Part shown: in pieces, positions 10,329 to 18,734 of the stretch
Layout: each line of letters opens with the position of its first letter
Numbering within the stretch: position 1 is the first letter of the stretch
Origin: Betaproteobacteria bacterium
GTDB taxonomy: Bacteria; Pseudomonadota; Gammaproteobacteria; Burkholderiales; Burkholderiaceae_C
Direction of reading: 5' to 3'
DNA: 64,000 bases
NCBI GenBank assembly: GCA_031379415.1
Contig: JANNFE010000166.1
Location: 156-64,155 of the forward strand
Made by a program: the position numbers and the translations under genes
Notes under the pieces: model-generated
Database searches by the model: none
Seen by the model: only the letters and a program-made list of their open reading frames with translations
What the model was told of the DNA's origin: nothing

Positions 10329-11953
10329 TTGACCGGCCGCCGCTTGGCCATGGCGTCGTCCAGCAGCTTGATGCCGGCCTGCGCGGCCACCATGCTCTTG
10401 TTCAGCGATTCCTCGGCCTGCTGCGGGTTGTGGAAGTAGCTGCCGTTGGAGGCCGACCACCATTCCCAGTTGACATGCGCTTCCTGGTGGCGGCTGCGCA
10501 CCGCGTCGAGCTCGCCGCCGTCCACGCCCAGGTTCTGCGCCGCCTCGAACTTGTCGATCAGCCGCACCAGCCAGTACTCCGCCTTGCGCATCTTGCCGAC
10601 CCACTTGTTCTTCAGCGAGTCGATGCTGTAGACGGCCTGCTTCTCGGTCCAGCCCTTGTGGCAGGTGAGGCAGGTCTCCTGAATGTAGTGGCGCGGCGAG
10701 GTCTGCCAGTGCGAGGTGTAGGTCTTGCCGGTCTTGGCGTCCTTCATCTTCGGCATGTGGCAGCCGCTGCACTCCACGCCCTGCTTCTGGTGCGTGCTGT
10801 TGTAGAAGACCTCGGCGTCGGGGTGCTGGCCCTTCCACAGCATGGCGTCGGTGATGGCGTGCTTGAAGTCGCCGAACTTCAGGTCCTTGTAGTGCTGCTG
10901 CACCTGCGTCACGTCCTTCAGCGGGAAGTGGTTGGTGCGGCCGTCGGCCATGCCGATGGGCTGGCCGGTGGCGGTGTCGGTGCCGGGGTTGCAGTTGTAT
11001 TCCACATGGCACTGCGCGCACTGCAGCTTCACGTCGTAGCGGCTGAGCATGGCGATCTTGCGCGTGTAGCCGCGTTCGCCCATGTCCTTGACCTCGATCT
11101 TCGCGCCCTTCGGGTCCTGGTGCCACAGCGTGTCGGCCTCGGGGCGCGTCAACGCCTGGATCAGCGCGTCACGGATGATGCGCGGCCGCGCCGAGTGCGG
11201 GTCGTGGCAGAAAATGCAGTTCAACGAGTGGTTGGTGTCCTTGACGAACTCGTTGACCTTGGACAGCCGGCTCCATTTCGCCTTGGGCTCGGGGTCGCCC
11301 AGGTAGGCCCAGTCGAGGATGTGGTCGGCCGACTTGCACGACATGCACACCGGGTTGGCGGCCGCCGCGGTGCCGGGCTTGAAGGCCTTGTGCGGCTCGC
11401 CGGGGTACTGGTCGTCCAGCACGTCCCAGATCCTGAACTCGCCGCCCATGCGCGTCAGCCCGGCCTTGCCCTGGCGGTTCTGGAAGCGGCCGCCGAAGGC
11501 GCGGTCCACCACCACCTGGTCATACAGCGCGAAGGCGTGCGAGCGCGGCTCGTTGTGTTCGCGCGTGAAGCCGTGCGGGGCCAGCAGCTTGTCGAAGGCA
11601 CCGCCGGTGGCCACCGCCTTTTCCTTGTGCGCGGTCTTGTCGGTGTTCATCGTGTACAGCGTGCGGAACTGGTTCTCGTGGCAGCCGCCGCAGTTGCCGG
11701 AGTCGGTCTTCGTCGTCGGCCGGCCCTTGCCCTTGGGCTTGTGCGTGTCCAGGCCGCCGTGGCAGGCATCGCAACCCACGGTCTTGTGCGCGCTGCCGGC
11801 GTGGAAGGCCTTGACCTCCTGGTGGCAGTCGTAGCAGTCGGTGGCGTCGTAAGGCTTCGCCTTGTTCTGCGCGGCAGCCGGAGCGCCCGCCAGCAGCAGG
11901 GCGCAGGCGGCAAGCAGGCACGCCAGTGCCGTCCTCACGATGGGGTGGATCAT
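10325..11953 (-). CDS. nrfA: Octaheme cytochrome c nitrite reductase (ONR/TvNiR type, NrfA superfamily)
   Basis: Seven CxxCH (CYDCH, CDACH, CGGCH, CIFCH, CAQCH, CSGCH, CLTCH) plus catalytic CMSCK; EPRSH Arg, HVEYNC Tyr/Cys, KGQHPD His, HGS-equivalent SNGSYFHNP; signal peptide; AGGAG SD. Confidence 0.9.
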   Translation of the reverse strand: MIHPIVRTALACLLAACALLLAGAPAAAQNKAKPYDATDCYDCHQEVKAFHAGSAHKTVGCDACHGGLDTHKPKGKGRPTTKTDSGNCGGCHENQFRTLYTMNTDKTAHKEKAVATGGAFDKLLAPHGFTREHNEPRSHAFALYDQVVVDRAFGGRFQNRQGKAGLTRMGGEFRIWDVLDDQYPGEPHKAFKPGTAAAANPVCMSCKSADHILDWAYLGDPEPKAKWSRLSKVNEFVKDTNHSLNCIFCHDPHSARPRIIRDALIQALTRPEADTLWHQDPKGAKIEVKDMGERGYTRKIAMLSRYDVKLQCAQCHVEYNCNPGTDTATGQPIGMADGRTNHFPLKDVTQVQQHYKDLKFGDFKHAITDAMLWKGQHPDAEVFYNSTHQKQGVECSGCHMPKMKDAKTGKTYTSHWQTSPRHYIQETCLTCHKGWTEKQAVYSIDSLKNKWVGKMRKAEYWLVRLIDKFEAAQNLGVDGGELDAVRSRHQEAHVNWEWWSASNGSYFHNPQQAEESLNKSMVAAQAGIKLLDDAMAKRRPVK

Positions 11954-12066
11954 GGTCTTGTCTCCTCCAGGGCCGGCCAGTGCGCGCCACCCTGACGATG
12001 AAAGTGCAGGTCAGCCCGATGCTGCCCAAGCCTGGCGCCCGGGCGTCGCTGCAAGCTGAGCAGCGC

Positions 12067-12080
12067 TTGATGCATGTCAA
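12067..12080. promoter_or_regulatory. FNR box TTGAT-GCAT-GTCAA
   Basis: One mismatch to consensus, upstream of nrfA and overlapping the ccmF stop codon. Confidence 0.7.
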
Positions 12081-14014
12081 GCCGGCGATGTGTGACGGGC
12101 GGCCACGGGCTGCAGGCCGCGCCGCTGCGCGCGGCGGCCGGCCACGGCCAGCAGGCCGCCACCGGCCATCAGGGCGCAGCCGCCCCAGATCCAGCCCACC
12201 AGCGGCTTGTGCTGCAGGCGCAGCGTCCAGACGCCCTGGCCAAGGTCATCACCCAGCGTGACGTAGAGGTCGCCGAGCCAGCCGCTGGCGATGGCGGCTT
12301 CGGTCATGGCCAGTTGGGGCGTGGCGTAGTAGCGGCGCTTCTCGGGCTGCAGCGGCGGCAGGTGGCGGCCGTCGCGCGCCACGGCCACGGTGGCTCGGGT
12401 GGCCTGGTAGTTGGGCCCGGCATGCTGCATCACGCCTTGGAAGGTGAAGGCATGCCCGGCCAGCCAGGCGGTGTCGCCTGGGGCCATGCGCACGTCGGCT
12501 TCGCTCTGATGGCTGCGCACCCAGGTCACGCCCGTCACGAACACGGCCACACCCAGGTGGGCCAGCAGCATGCCCCACGCCCCCACGCCGCGGCGCGGCC
12601 GCTGGCGCACGGCCACGCCGGCCACCAACGCCACCCAGGCCGCCAGCGCCAGGCCCAGCGCCGTCATCGCTGACCCGCCAACGCCAGGCACCGCCAGCGC
12701 CACGCCCAGCACCACCGCCAGGGCCAGCGCCCAGCGCAGGCGTGTCCACAGCCCTGGCAGCGTCGCACCCTGCCACTGCGCCAGCGGTGCCGCGCCCATC
12801 AGAAACAGCACCGCCACCAGCAGCGGCACGATCACCGCTTCGAAGTAGGGCGGCCCCACCGACAGGCGGCCGAGACCCATCACTTCGAACAGCAGCGGGT
12901 ACAGCGTGCCCAGCAGCACGCTGGCTGCCGCCACCGACAGCAGCGCGGTGTGCACGAGCAGCAGCCGCTCGCGCAGGGCCGGTGCCGGCGCGCGGTGCGG
13001 TGACACGAGAGCCGGCGCTCGCAGCGCGAAGAGCACCAGCGCCGCACCCACCACCAGTGCCAGGAGAACCAGGATCAGCACGCCGCGCCGCGGGTCCAGT
13101 GCAAAGGCGTGCACCGAGCTGAGCACGCCAGAGCGCACGAGGAAGGTGCCCAGCAGCGACAGCGCGAAGCAGCCGATCGCCAGCAGCACCGCCCAAACCG
13201 AGAAGGCGCCGCGGCGCGCGCTCACGGCCAAGGCGTGCACGAGCGCCGTACCCACCAGCCACGGCATGAAGGCGGCGTTTTCCACCGGGTCCCAGAACCA
13301 CCAGCCGCCCCAGCCCAGTTCACCGTAGGCCCACCAGCTGCCCAGCGCCACGCCCGCGGTGAGGCAACACCAGGCCAGCGTGGCCCAGGGCCGCGCCGCC
13401 ACGGCCCAGCCGCGGCCGGCAGCGCCGCCCAGCAAGGCGGCCATCGCGAAGGCAAAGACCACGCCGAAGCCGACATACCCCATGTAGAGCAGCGGCGGGT
13501 GCAGGACCATGCCGGGGTCCTGCAGCAGCGGGTTGAGGTCGCGCCCCTGCGCCGGCACCGGAAAGACACGCAGGAAGGGGTTGGACGCCACCAGCACGAA
13601 GCTCAGGAAGCCCGCCGCCAGCAGACCCAGCACGCCCAGCACGCGGGCGCGCATCACCGTGTCGAGGCCCGCGTTCCAGCGCAGCAAGGCCAGGGTCCAC
13701 GCCGACTGCAGCACGGCCCACAGCAGCAGCGAGCCTTCGTGCGAACCCCAGCTGGCCGCGAAGCGATAGGCCACCGGCAGCTGCGAGTTGGAGTTCTCGG
13801 CCACGTTGCGCACCGAGAAGTCGTTGTGCAGGAAAGCCAGCACCAGGCTGGCCCACGCCAGCAGCACGCACAGCGCCTGCGCGGCGGCCAGCGGCGTGGC
13901 CATCGCCATCCAATCCGCGCGGCCACGGCTGGCGCCGGCCAAGGCCAGCGTGCCCTGGCACAGCGCCAGCAGCGCGGCCAGGATGAGGACGAAGTGACCT
14001 GCCTCGGCAATCAT
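12077..14014 (-). CDS. ccmF: Heme lyase CcmF/NrfE family
   Basis: WGSHEGSLLLW, GRDLNPLLQDPGMVLHPP.LY.GY, WWD motif WGGWWFWDPVEN, GTFLVRSGVL.SVHAFA, LL.H.G; start MIAEAGHF at 14014. Confidence 0.92.
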   Translation of the reverse strand: MIAEAGHFVLILAALLALCQGTLALAGASRGRADWMAMATPLAAAQALCVLLAWASLVLAFLHNDFSVRNVAENSNSQLPVAYRFAASWGSHEGSLLLWAVLQSAWTLALLRWNAGLDTVMRARVLGVLGLLAAGFLSFVLVASNPFLRVFPVPAQGRDLNPLLQDPGMVLHPPLLYMGYVGFGVVFAFAMAALLGGAAGRGWAVAARPWATLAWCCLTAGVALGSWWAYGELGWGGWWFWDPVENAAFMPWLVGTALVHALAVSARRGAFSVWAVLLAIGCFALSLLGTFLVRSGVLSSVHAFALDPRRGVLILVLLALVVGAALVLFALRAPALVSPHRAPAPALRERLLLVHTALLSVAAASVLLGTLYPLLFEVMGLGRLSVGPPYFEAVIVPLLVAVLFLMGAAPLAQWQGATLPGLWTRLRWALALAVVLGVALAVPGVGGSAMTALGLALAAWVALVAGVAVRQRPRRGVGAWGMLLAHLGVAVFVTGVTWVRSHQSEADVRMAPGDTAWLAGHAFTFQGVMQHAGPNYQATRATVAVARDGRHLPPLQPEKRRYYATPQLAMTEAAIASGWLGDLYVTLGDDLGQGVWTLRLQHKPLVGWIWGGCALMAGGGLLAVAGRRAQRRGLQPVAARHTSPA

Positions 14015-14113
14015 GCCGGCAGGGTGGAAAGCTTCATGTCCTTGCTCCTGAAGCGGGCGCCTTCGCTTCGCAAGGCCGCAGGCGGACAATGCACATGCAT
14101 CCCGCGGTGTGAT

Positions 14114-14127
14114 TTGACTCACGTCAA
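14114..14127. promoter_or_regulatory. FNR-type box TTGAC-TCAC-GTCAA
   Basis: Perfect palindromic arms in the divergent ccmF/hemerythrin intergenic region. Confidence 0.72.
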
Positions 14128-14179
14128 CGCAGCGCCCCTCTGTGGCCGAAGAATCACAGCCCGACCTCCATCACCCACC

Positions 14180-14665
14180 ATGGCCAACACCAAGTTGCCT
14201 GCCACCCGCCCGCCGCACGCGGCGCGCCCTGCCCTGCCTTCGGCGCACACGCTGGACAAGACACACCACGAGGTGCTGCACCACCTGGAGCAACTGGCCG
14301 CGCTCGTGGCGCAGCTGGACGAAGCCGGCAGCACCGAGCCGCTGCGCGCGCTGGCCGCCGACATCTGCCGCTACTTCGACGGCCCGGCCCGCACCCACCA
14401 CGAAGCCGAGGAGCAGCGCCTGTTCCCGCGTCTGCAGGACCACCCCGACACCACGCTGGTGGACCATGTGCGCCGCCTGCAGCAGGAGCATGGCTGGCTG
14501 GAAGACGAGTGGCTGGAACTCGGCCCGCAGCTGCAGGCCGTGGCGCGCGGCTTCACCTGGGCCGATGCCGAAGCGCTGCGCCTGGCGGTGCCGGCCTTCA
14601 CGCAGCTCTACCGCGAGCACATTGCGCTGGAAGAGGCCATCGTCTACCCCGCCGGCAAGGCCTGA
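14180..14665 (+). CDS. Hemerythrin-like (HHE) domain protein
   Basis: H..(THHEV), HH..EE..LFP.L, L.QEH, Y.EHI.LEE..VYP diiron-binding pattern; ATG at 14180. Confidence 0.85.
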   Translation: MANTKLPATRPPHAARPALPSAHTLDKTHHEVLHHLEQLAALVAQLDEAGSTEPLRALAADICRYFDGPARTHHEAEEQRLFPRLQDHPDTTLVDHVRRLQQEHGWLEDEWLELGPQLQAVARGFTWADAEALRLAVPAFTQLYREHIALEEAIVYPAGKA

Positions 14666-16647
14666 GCCACCAGCTCGGCGATGTCGCGTGACTGTGCGCT
14701 GGCGCCTTCGATGGCGCCCAGGCCGTCGGCCATCATCACCGCGCAATAGGGGCAGGCGGTGGCGATGATGGCCGGTGCAGCCGTCAGCGCCTGCTGCACA
14801 CGGGCCACGTTGATGCGCGTGCCGATGTTCTCTTCCAGCCACATGCGCCCGCCGCCGGCGCCGCAGCACATGGCCTTCTCGCGCGACAGCGCGAACTCCA
14901 GCGGCGCGTCGCTGCACAAGCGCTGCAGCACGGCGCGCGGCGCGTCGAACTCGCCGTTGTGGCGGCCCAGATAACAGGGGTCGTGAAAGATCACGCGCTG
15001 CAACCGCCGCTGAACCTGGATGCGACCCTGCGCCATGAGCTCGGCGATGAGCTGCGTGTGGTGCAACACCTCGTAGTGGCCGCCGAACTCGGGGTACTCG
15101 TTGCGCAGCGTGTTGAAGGCATGCGGGTCGCAGGTGACGATGCGCTTCACGCCCAGCTCGTTCAAGGTCTGCACCAGGCCGCCCGCCAATTGCTGGAACA
15201 GCAGCTCGTTGCCCAGCCGCCGCACACATTCGCCGGTAGAACCTTCACGCGGCCCCAGCACGCCGAAGCGCAGCCCGGCGTGCTGCAGGATGCTGACGAA
15301 GGCGCGCGCGATCTTCTGGCCGCGCGGGTCGAAGGACATCGCCGAGCCGACGTAGAACAGCAGCTCCAGGCCCTCGGCATCGGCCTTCGTGCGCACCACC
15401 GGCACGCCCAGGCCTTGCGCCCAGTCGCCGCGCTGCGATGACTGCAGGCCCCAGGGGTTGCCCTGGGCTTCGTAGGCCTCGAAGAGCTTCTTCAGCTCGT
15501 GCGGAAACTGGCCCTCGATCATCACCTGGTGCTGGCGCAGGCGGAAGAACTTGTCCAGGTGCTCCAGCTCGATGGGGCAGGCCGCTTCGCAATAGCCGCA
15601 GGTGGTGCAGGCCCACAAGGTCTCGGGCGCGATGACCGTGCCCACCAGCGCCGGCAACTCGCCCTGGGGATCGTGCGCGACGATGCGTGCGCGCTCGGCC
15701 AGCAGGTGGTGCTTCAGGCTGTCGTTGACCATCTTCAGCGACAGCGGCTTGCCCGTCAGGTGCGTGGGGCAGGCGTCCTTGCAGCGGCCGCACTCGGTGC
15801 AGGTGAAGGCGTCCAGGCCCTCCTTCCAGTTCAGGTCGAGCGCGGTGCGCGCACCGGCGCGCATCTCGGCCTCGTCGGTGGCGGCCATGAGCTGCTCGAT
15901 ATCGACACGCGGCACCCGGTGGGCCGGCCGGCCGCGCCGGAAGAAGAGCGCCGGCAGGGCGGTGACGATGTGGAAGTGCTCGCCTGCCGGCAGCAGCACC
16001 AGGAAGCTGAACACGGTGAGCATCTGCAGCCAGTAGGCCAGCACCATGCCGGTGGCCTGCGCGCCCGGCGACAACCCCTGCAGCGCCTGCGCCACCGCCG
16101 CACCGGCAAAGGCCCAGTCGCGTTCATGCGCGATGCCCGGCACGCTGCCGGCCCGCTGCAGGAAGCGCAGGCCGTCGAAGGCCAGGTCGGTGAGCATGAT
16201 GGCCAGGATCAGGCCCAGCACCCCCAGCGCCTCGCGGTTGCGCTCCAGCCGCGCCGGGTGCTGCACCAAACGGCGGTGCAGGGCGTAGAGCACGGCGGCC
16301 GTGACGGCCAGCTCCACGGCATCCTTGAAGGCCGCGAAGGGCCCACCGAAGGCCGGCGGGAAGACGAAGTCGACATCCCAGCCGATGGCGATGAGCTGGA
16401 TCTTGCGCAGCAGCAGTGACAGGAAGCCGATGAAGATCACCGTGTGCATGAGCCCCGGCCGCCACTCGCGCCGCAGCATGCGCTGCTGCAACAGGCCGTT
16501 GAGCAGCACGCTCTGCAGGCGCGCGCCCGGGTGGTCGGTGCGCTGCACCGGCTGCAGCGCACGCACGATGCCCAGCTTGCGCCAGGCCAGGGCGCAAAAG
16601 CCCGCCAGGGCCAGCAGCATCAGCAGCGTGAGCGCGGCGGGTCCCAT
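14644..16647 (-). CDS. Membrane-bound Fe-S oxidoreductase, FadF/heterodisulfide reductase (HdrE/D)-like
   Basis: NarI-like TM part (G.MH..IF.GF, H...A), CTECGRCKDACP and CTTCGYCEAACP clusters, C-terminal CCG domain (HDPCYLGR, MCCGAGGG, TACPYC). Confidence 0.85.
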   Translation of the reverse strand: MGPAALTLLMLLALAGFCALAWRKLGIVRALQPVQRTDHPGARLQSVLLNGLLQQRMLRREWRPGLMHTVIFIGFLSLLLRKIQLIAIGWDVDFVFPPAFGGPFAAFKDAVELAVTAAVLYALHRRLVQHPARLERNREALGVLGLILAIMLTDLAFDGLRFLQRAGSVPGIAHERDWAFAGAAVAQALQGLSPGAQATGMVLAYWLQMLTVFSFLVLLPAGEHFHIVTALPALFFRRGRPAHRVPRVDIEQLMAATDEAEMRAGARTALDLNWKEGLDAFTCTECGRCKDACPTHLTGKPLSLKMVNDSLKHHLLAERARIVAHDPQGELPALVGTVIAPETLWACTTCGYCEAACPIELEHLDKFFRLRQHQVMIEGQFPHELKKLFEAYEAQGNPWGLQSSQRGDWAQGLGVPVVRTKADAEGLELLFYVGSAMSFDPRGQKIARAFVSILQHAGLRFGVLGPREGSTGECVRRLGNELLFQQLAGGLVQTLNELGVKRIVTCDPHAFNTLRNEYPEFGGHYEVLHHTQLIAELMAQGRIQVQRRLQRVIFHDPCYLGRHNGEFDAPRAVLQRLCSDAPLEFALSREKAMCCGAGGGRMWLEENIGTRINVARVQQALTAAPAIIATACPYCAVMMADGLGAIEGASAQSRDIAELVAQALPAG

Positions 16648-16665
16648 GGCCGGCGACCGCGCGCT

Positions 16666-17655
16666 TCAGTACCGGCCGTGCGTCTTGTAGACGTAGTTGG
16701 CCAGCTCGGTGGCCTGCACCGACAGCCGCTTCTGCACCTGGTGAACGGCACGCACGATGGCGCACATCACGCGGTAGAGGATGCGCGGCTCGGTGTCGAG
16801 CAGGCTCTCGAGCCGATCGCGTTCCAGCAGCAGCACGCGTGCGTCGGTGGTGGCCACGAGCGAGGCATAACGCGGCGCGCCATCGAGGAAGCCGAGCTCG
16901 TGTGCCAGGTCACCCGCCACCAGCGTGGCCAGCAGGCTCTCTTCCGGCTGGCCGCGCGACTTCACCACACCCAGCGTGCCTTCCAGCACCACATACAGGC
17001 GCTGGTCGGCCGTGCCTTCCAGCGCCAGCAGGTGGCCGGCGGGCAGCACCTGCAACTGCATCAGGCCGGCCAGCGTGGCCGCCTGCTCGGGCGTGAGCTG
17101 CTCGGCCAGGCGGCAGCCGCGCACGGCGTCGAGCAGGGCGGTGTCAGGGGTGGGCATGGCAGTCTCCCTTGGAGTGATGGGTCTGGGCGCGGCTGCGGCC
17201 ACCGCCACCGGCAGCTTGCGGTCGCAGGGCAGCAGCGTCTCTTCGGCGCGCCGGATGAAGGACGCCACGATGGCGCGCGACACCGCTTCCACCGCCGGCA
17301 GCGCCAGGCGGTCGAGCAGGCCGTCGGCCATCTCGTAGGCCATCTCGAAAGTGATCTTGCAGCCCTGGTCGCCCAGCTGGCGCAACTGCCAGTCGCCCTG
17401 GAAGCGCTTGAACGGCCCTTCCACCAGACGCACCTGCAGCCATTCGGGCCGGCGCTTGGGGTTGCGCGTGGAAAAGGCGAAACGCAGCTGGTGGTAGCTG
17501 AAGTCCAGCCGCGCGGCCACCCACTCGTCGCTGCGCTCCAGGATGCGCGCGCCGCTGCAGAAGGGCAGGAAATGCGGGTAGTGCTCGGCGCCCTCGATGA
17601 GGTCGAACATGTCCTCCGCCGAGTAGGGCACGAGCAGACTGCGCTTGAACTCCAA
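16666..17655 (-). CDS. In-frame fusion of Coq10/RatA-type START domain and a cNMP-binding domain
   Basis: TTG start with AAGGAG SD; RS.LVPYSAE.MFDL....E.YP.FLP.C and GPFK...G.W START motifs; second half LYVVLEG.L.V...G.L..E.GFLDG.PR.A cNMP motif; a second SD plus ATG at 17157. Confidence 0.75.
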   Translation of the reverse strand: MEFKRSLLVPYSAEDMFDLIEGAEHYPHFLPFCSGARILERSDEWVAARLDFSYHQLRFAFSTRNPKRRPEWLQVRLVEGPFKRFQGDWQLRQLGDQGCKITFEMAYEMADGLLDRLALPAVEAVSRAIVASFIRRAEETLLPCDRKLPVAVAAAAPRPITPRETAMPTPDTALLDAVRGCRLAEQLTPEQAATLAGLMQLQVLPAGHLLALEGTADQRLYVVLEGTLGVVKSRGQPEESLLATLVAGDLAHELGFLDGAPRYASLVATTDARVLLLERDRLESLLDTEPRILYRVMCAIVRAVHQVQKRLSVQATELANYVYKTHGRY

Positions 17656-17736
17656 GCCTCACTCCTTGCAGCGCCAGGCCAGGCGACCACGGCGCCCGGT
17701 GTGTGCGCATGATCGGAGCGGCGCGCTGGGCGCAGG

Positions 17737-17750
17737 ACGATCTGGATCAA
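17737..17750. promoter_or_regulatory. FNR-like box ACGAT-CTGG-ATCAA
   Basis: One perfect half-site in a divergent intergenic region. Confidence 0.35.
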
Positions 17751-17790
17751 GCTCCTCGCAGCGTGCGCAGGCCCGCATGGCGCCACGACC

Positions 17791-17804
17791 TTGACATGGA
17801 TCAG
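17791..17804. promoter_or_regulatory. FNR box TTGAC-ATGG-ATCAG
   Basis: Two mismatches; in the divergent region between the Coq10-cNMP gene and the HyaE-like gene. Confidence 0.55.
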
Positions 17805-17867
17805 CCGGCCTGCGGGCAGCCCGCTCAGACTGCACGTCCACCCAGGCCACCGTCGAAAGGATGCGCG

Positions 17868-18299
17868 ATCAGCACGCCCGATCTGCCATCCGACCTGCAC
17901 CCGCTGCTGGCGCGGCTGGTGGCGGAAACCGGCGCCTCGGTGCTGGACGCCGAGGCCTTCGACGCCTGGGCGGCGCGGCCCGGTCCCGCCATGGCCTTGT
18001 TCGCCGAGGACGCCGACCGCTACAAGGAAGCGCTGGACCTCGCGGCCATCGTGCCCGAACTGCACGCCACCGCCGGCATGCGCTTCCGTGTCGCGCTGCT
18101 GCGGCCCGCCGCCGCGCACGTGCTGGCCGCACGCTACGGCTTCGAACGCTGGCCGGCCTTCGTCATCCTGCGCGACGGCCACTACCTCGGCGCCGTGAAC
18201 GCCTTCCGTGACCGCGGCGCCTACGTAGGCGAACTGCAGCGCCTGCTGAACGCAGCGGCCGGTACGAGCAGCCGGGCTGATGCAGGTCAAGGTCGATAG
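17868..18299 (+). CDS. HyaE/HupG-like thioredoxin-fold chaperone (start codon uncertain)
   Basis: HPLLARLV...G..VLD...FD.W.A..G.A.ALF.ED..RYKE.LDLA.IVPEL, A.RYGF.RWPA.V.LRDG.YLG pattern of HyaE; the best-placed in-frame start behind the AAAGGA SD is ATC at 17868. Confidence 0.7.
   Translation: MSTPDLPSDLHPLLARLVAETGASVLDAEAFDAWAARPGPAMALFAEDADRYKEALDLAAIVPELHATAGMRFRVALLRPAAAHVLAARYGFERWPAFVILRDGHYLGAVNAFRDRGAYVGELQRLLNAAAGTSSRADAGQGR
18277..18290. promoter_or_regulatory. FNR box CTGAT-GCAG-GTCAA
   Basis: Two mismatches; about 100 bp upstream of the monoheme cytochrome gene. Confidence 0.55.
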
Positions 18300-18391
18300 C
18301 GCACGGGCTCACCAGAATGCCTGCAGTTCCGCCAAGGGTTGGTCCATGACGATCCCGTGCCGGCCCAAGTCCGACAGCAGGAGGATCCCTG

Positions 18392-18697
18392 ATGAAACTG
18401 CATACCGCCCTTGCCCTTGCCTCGCTGCTGCTCGCCGGCCCCGTTCTCGCCGGCCCTGCCGAAGACATCGTGGCCAAGGAAAAGTGCAGCAAGTGCCACA
18501 CCGCCAGCACCACCAAGAAGGGGCCCTCGTGGGCTTCGGTGGCCGAGAAGTACAAGGGCAAGGCCGACGCGCCCGACAAGCTCGTCACCTACCTGAAGGT
18601 CGGCGGCAAGCAGAGCGACGGCGACGAACACAAGAAGGTCGAGGCCAGCGACGCTGACCTGAAGGCCATCGTGGCCATCGTGCTGTCGTCCAAGTAG
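18392..18697 (+). CDS. mtoD: Periplasmic class I monoheme cytochrome c, MtoD-like (predicted bis-His)
   Basis: Signal peptide, CSKCH, GPSW..VAEKYKGKADA..KL, DG.EHK; no Met in the mature chain; AGGAGG SD. Confidence 0.75.
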   Translation: MKLHTALALASLLLAGPVLAGPAEDIVAKEKCSKCHTASTTKKGPSWASVAEKYKGKADAPDKLVTYLKVGGKQSDGDEHKKVEASDADLKAIVAIVLSSK

Positions 18698-18734
18698 GCC
18701 TGCGGCCTGGCGCCGCACCCGCGGAAGCATCAGG

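Noticed and set aside
16666-17655. RatA toxin / toxin-antitoxin interpretation
   Set aside because: No RatB/RnfH partner is adjacent; a Coq10-like quinone-binding role fits the respiratory context better.
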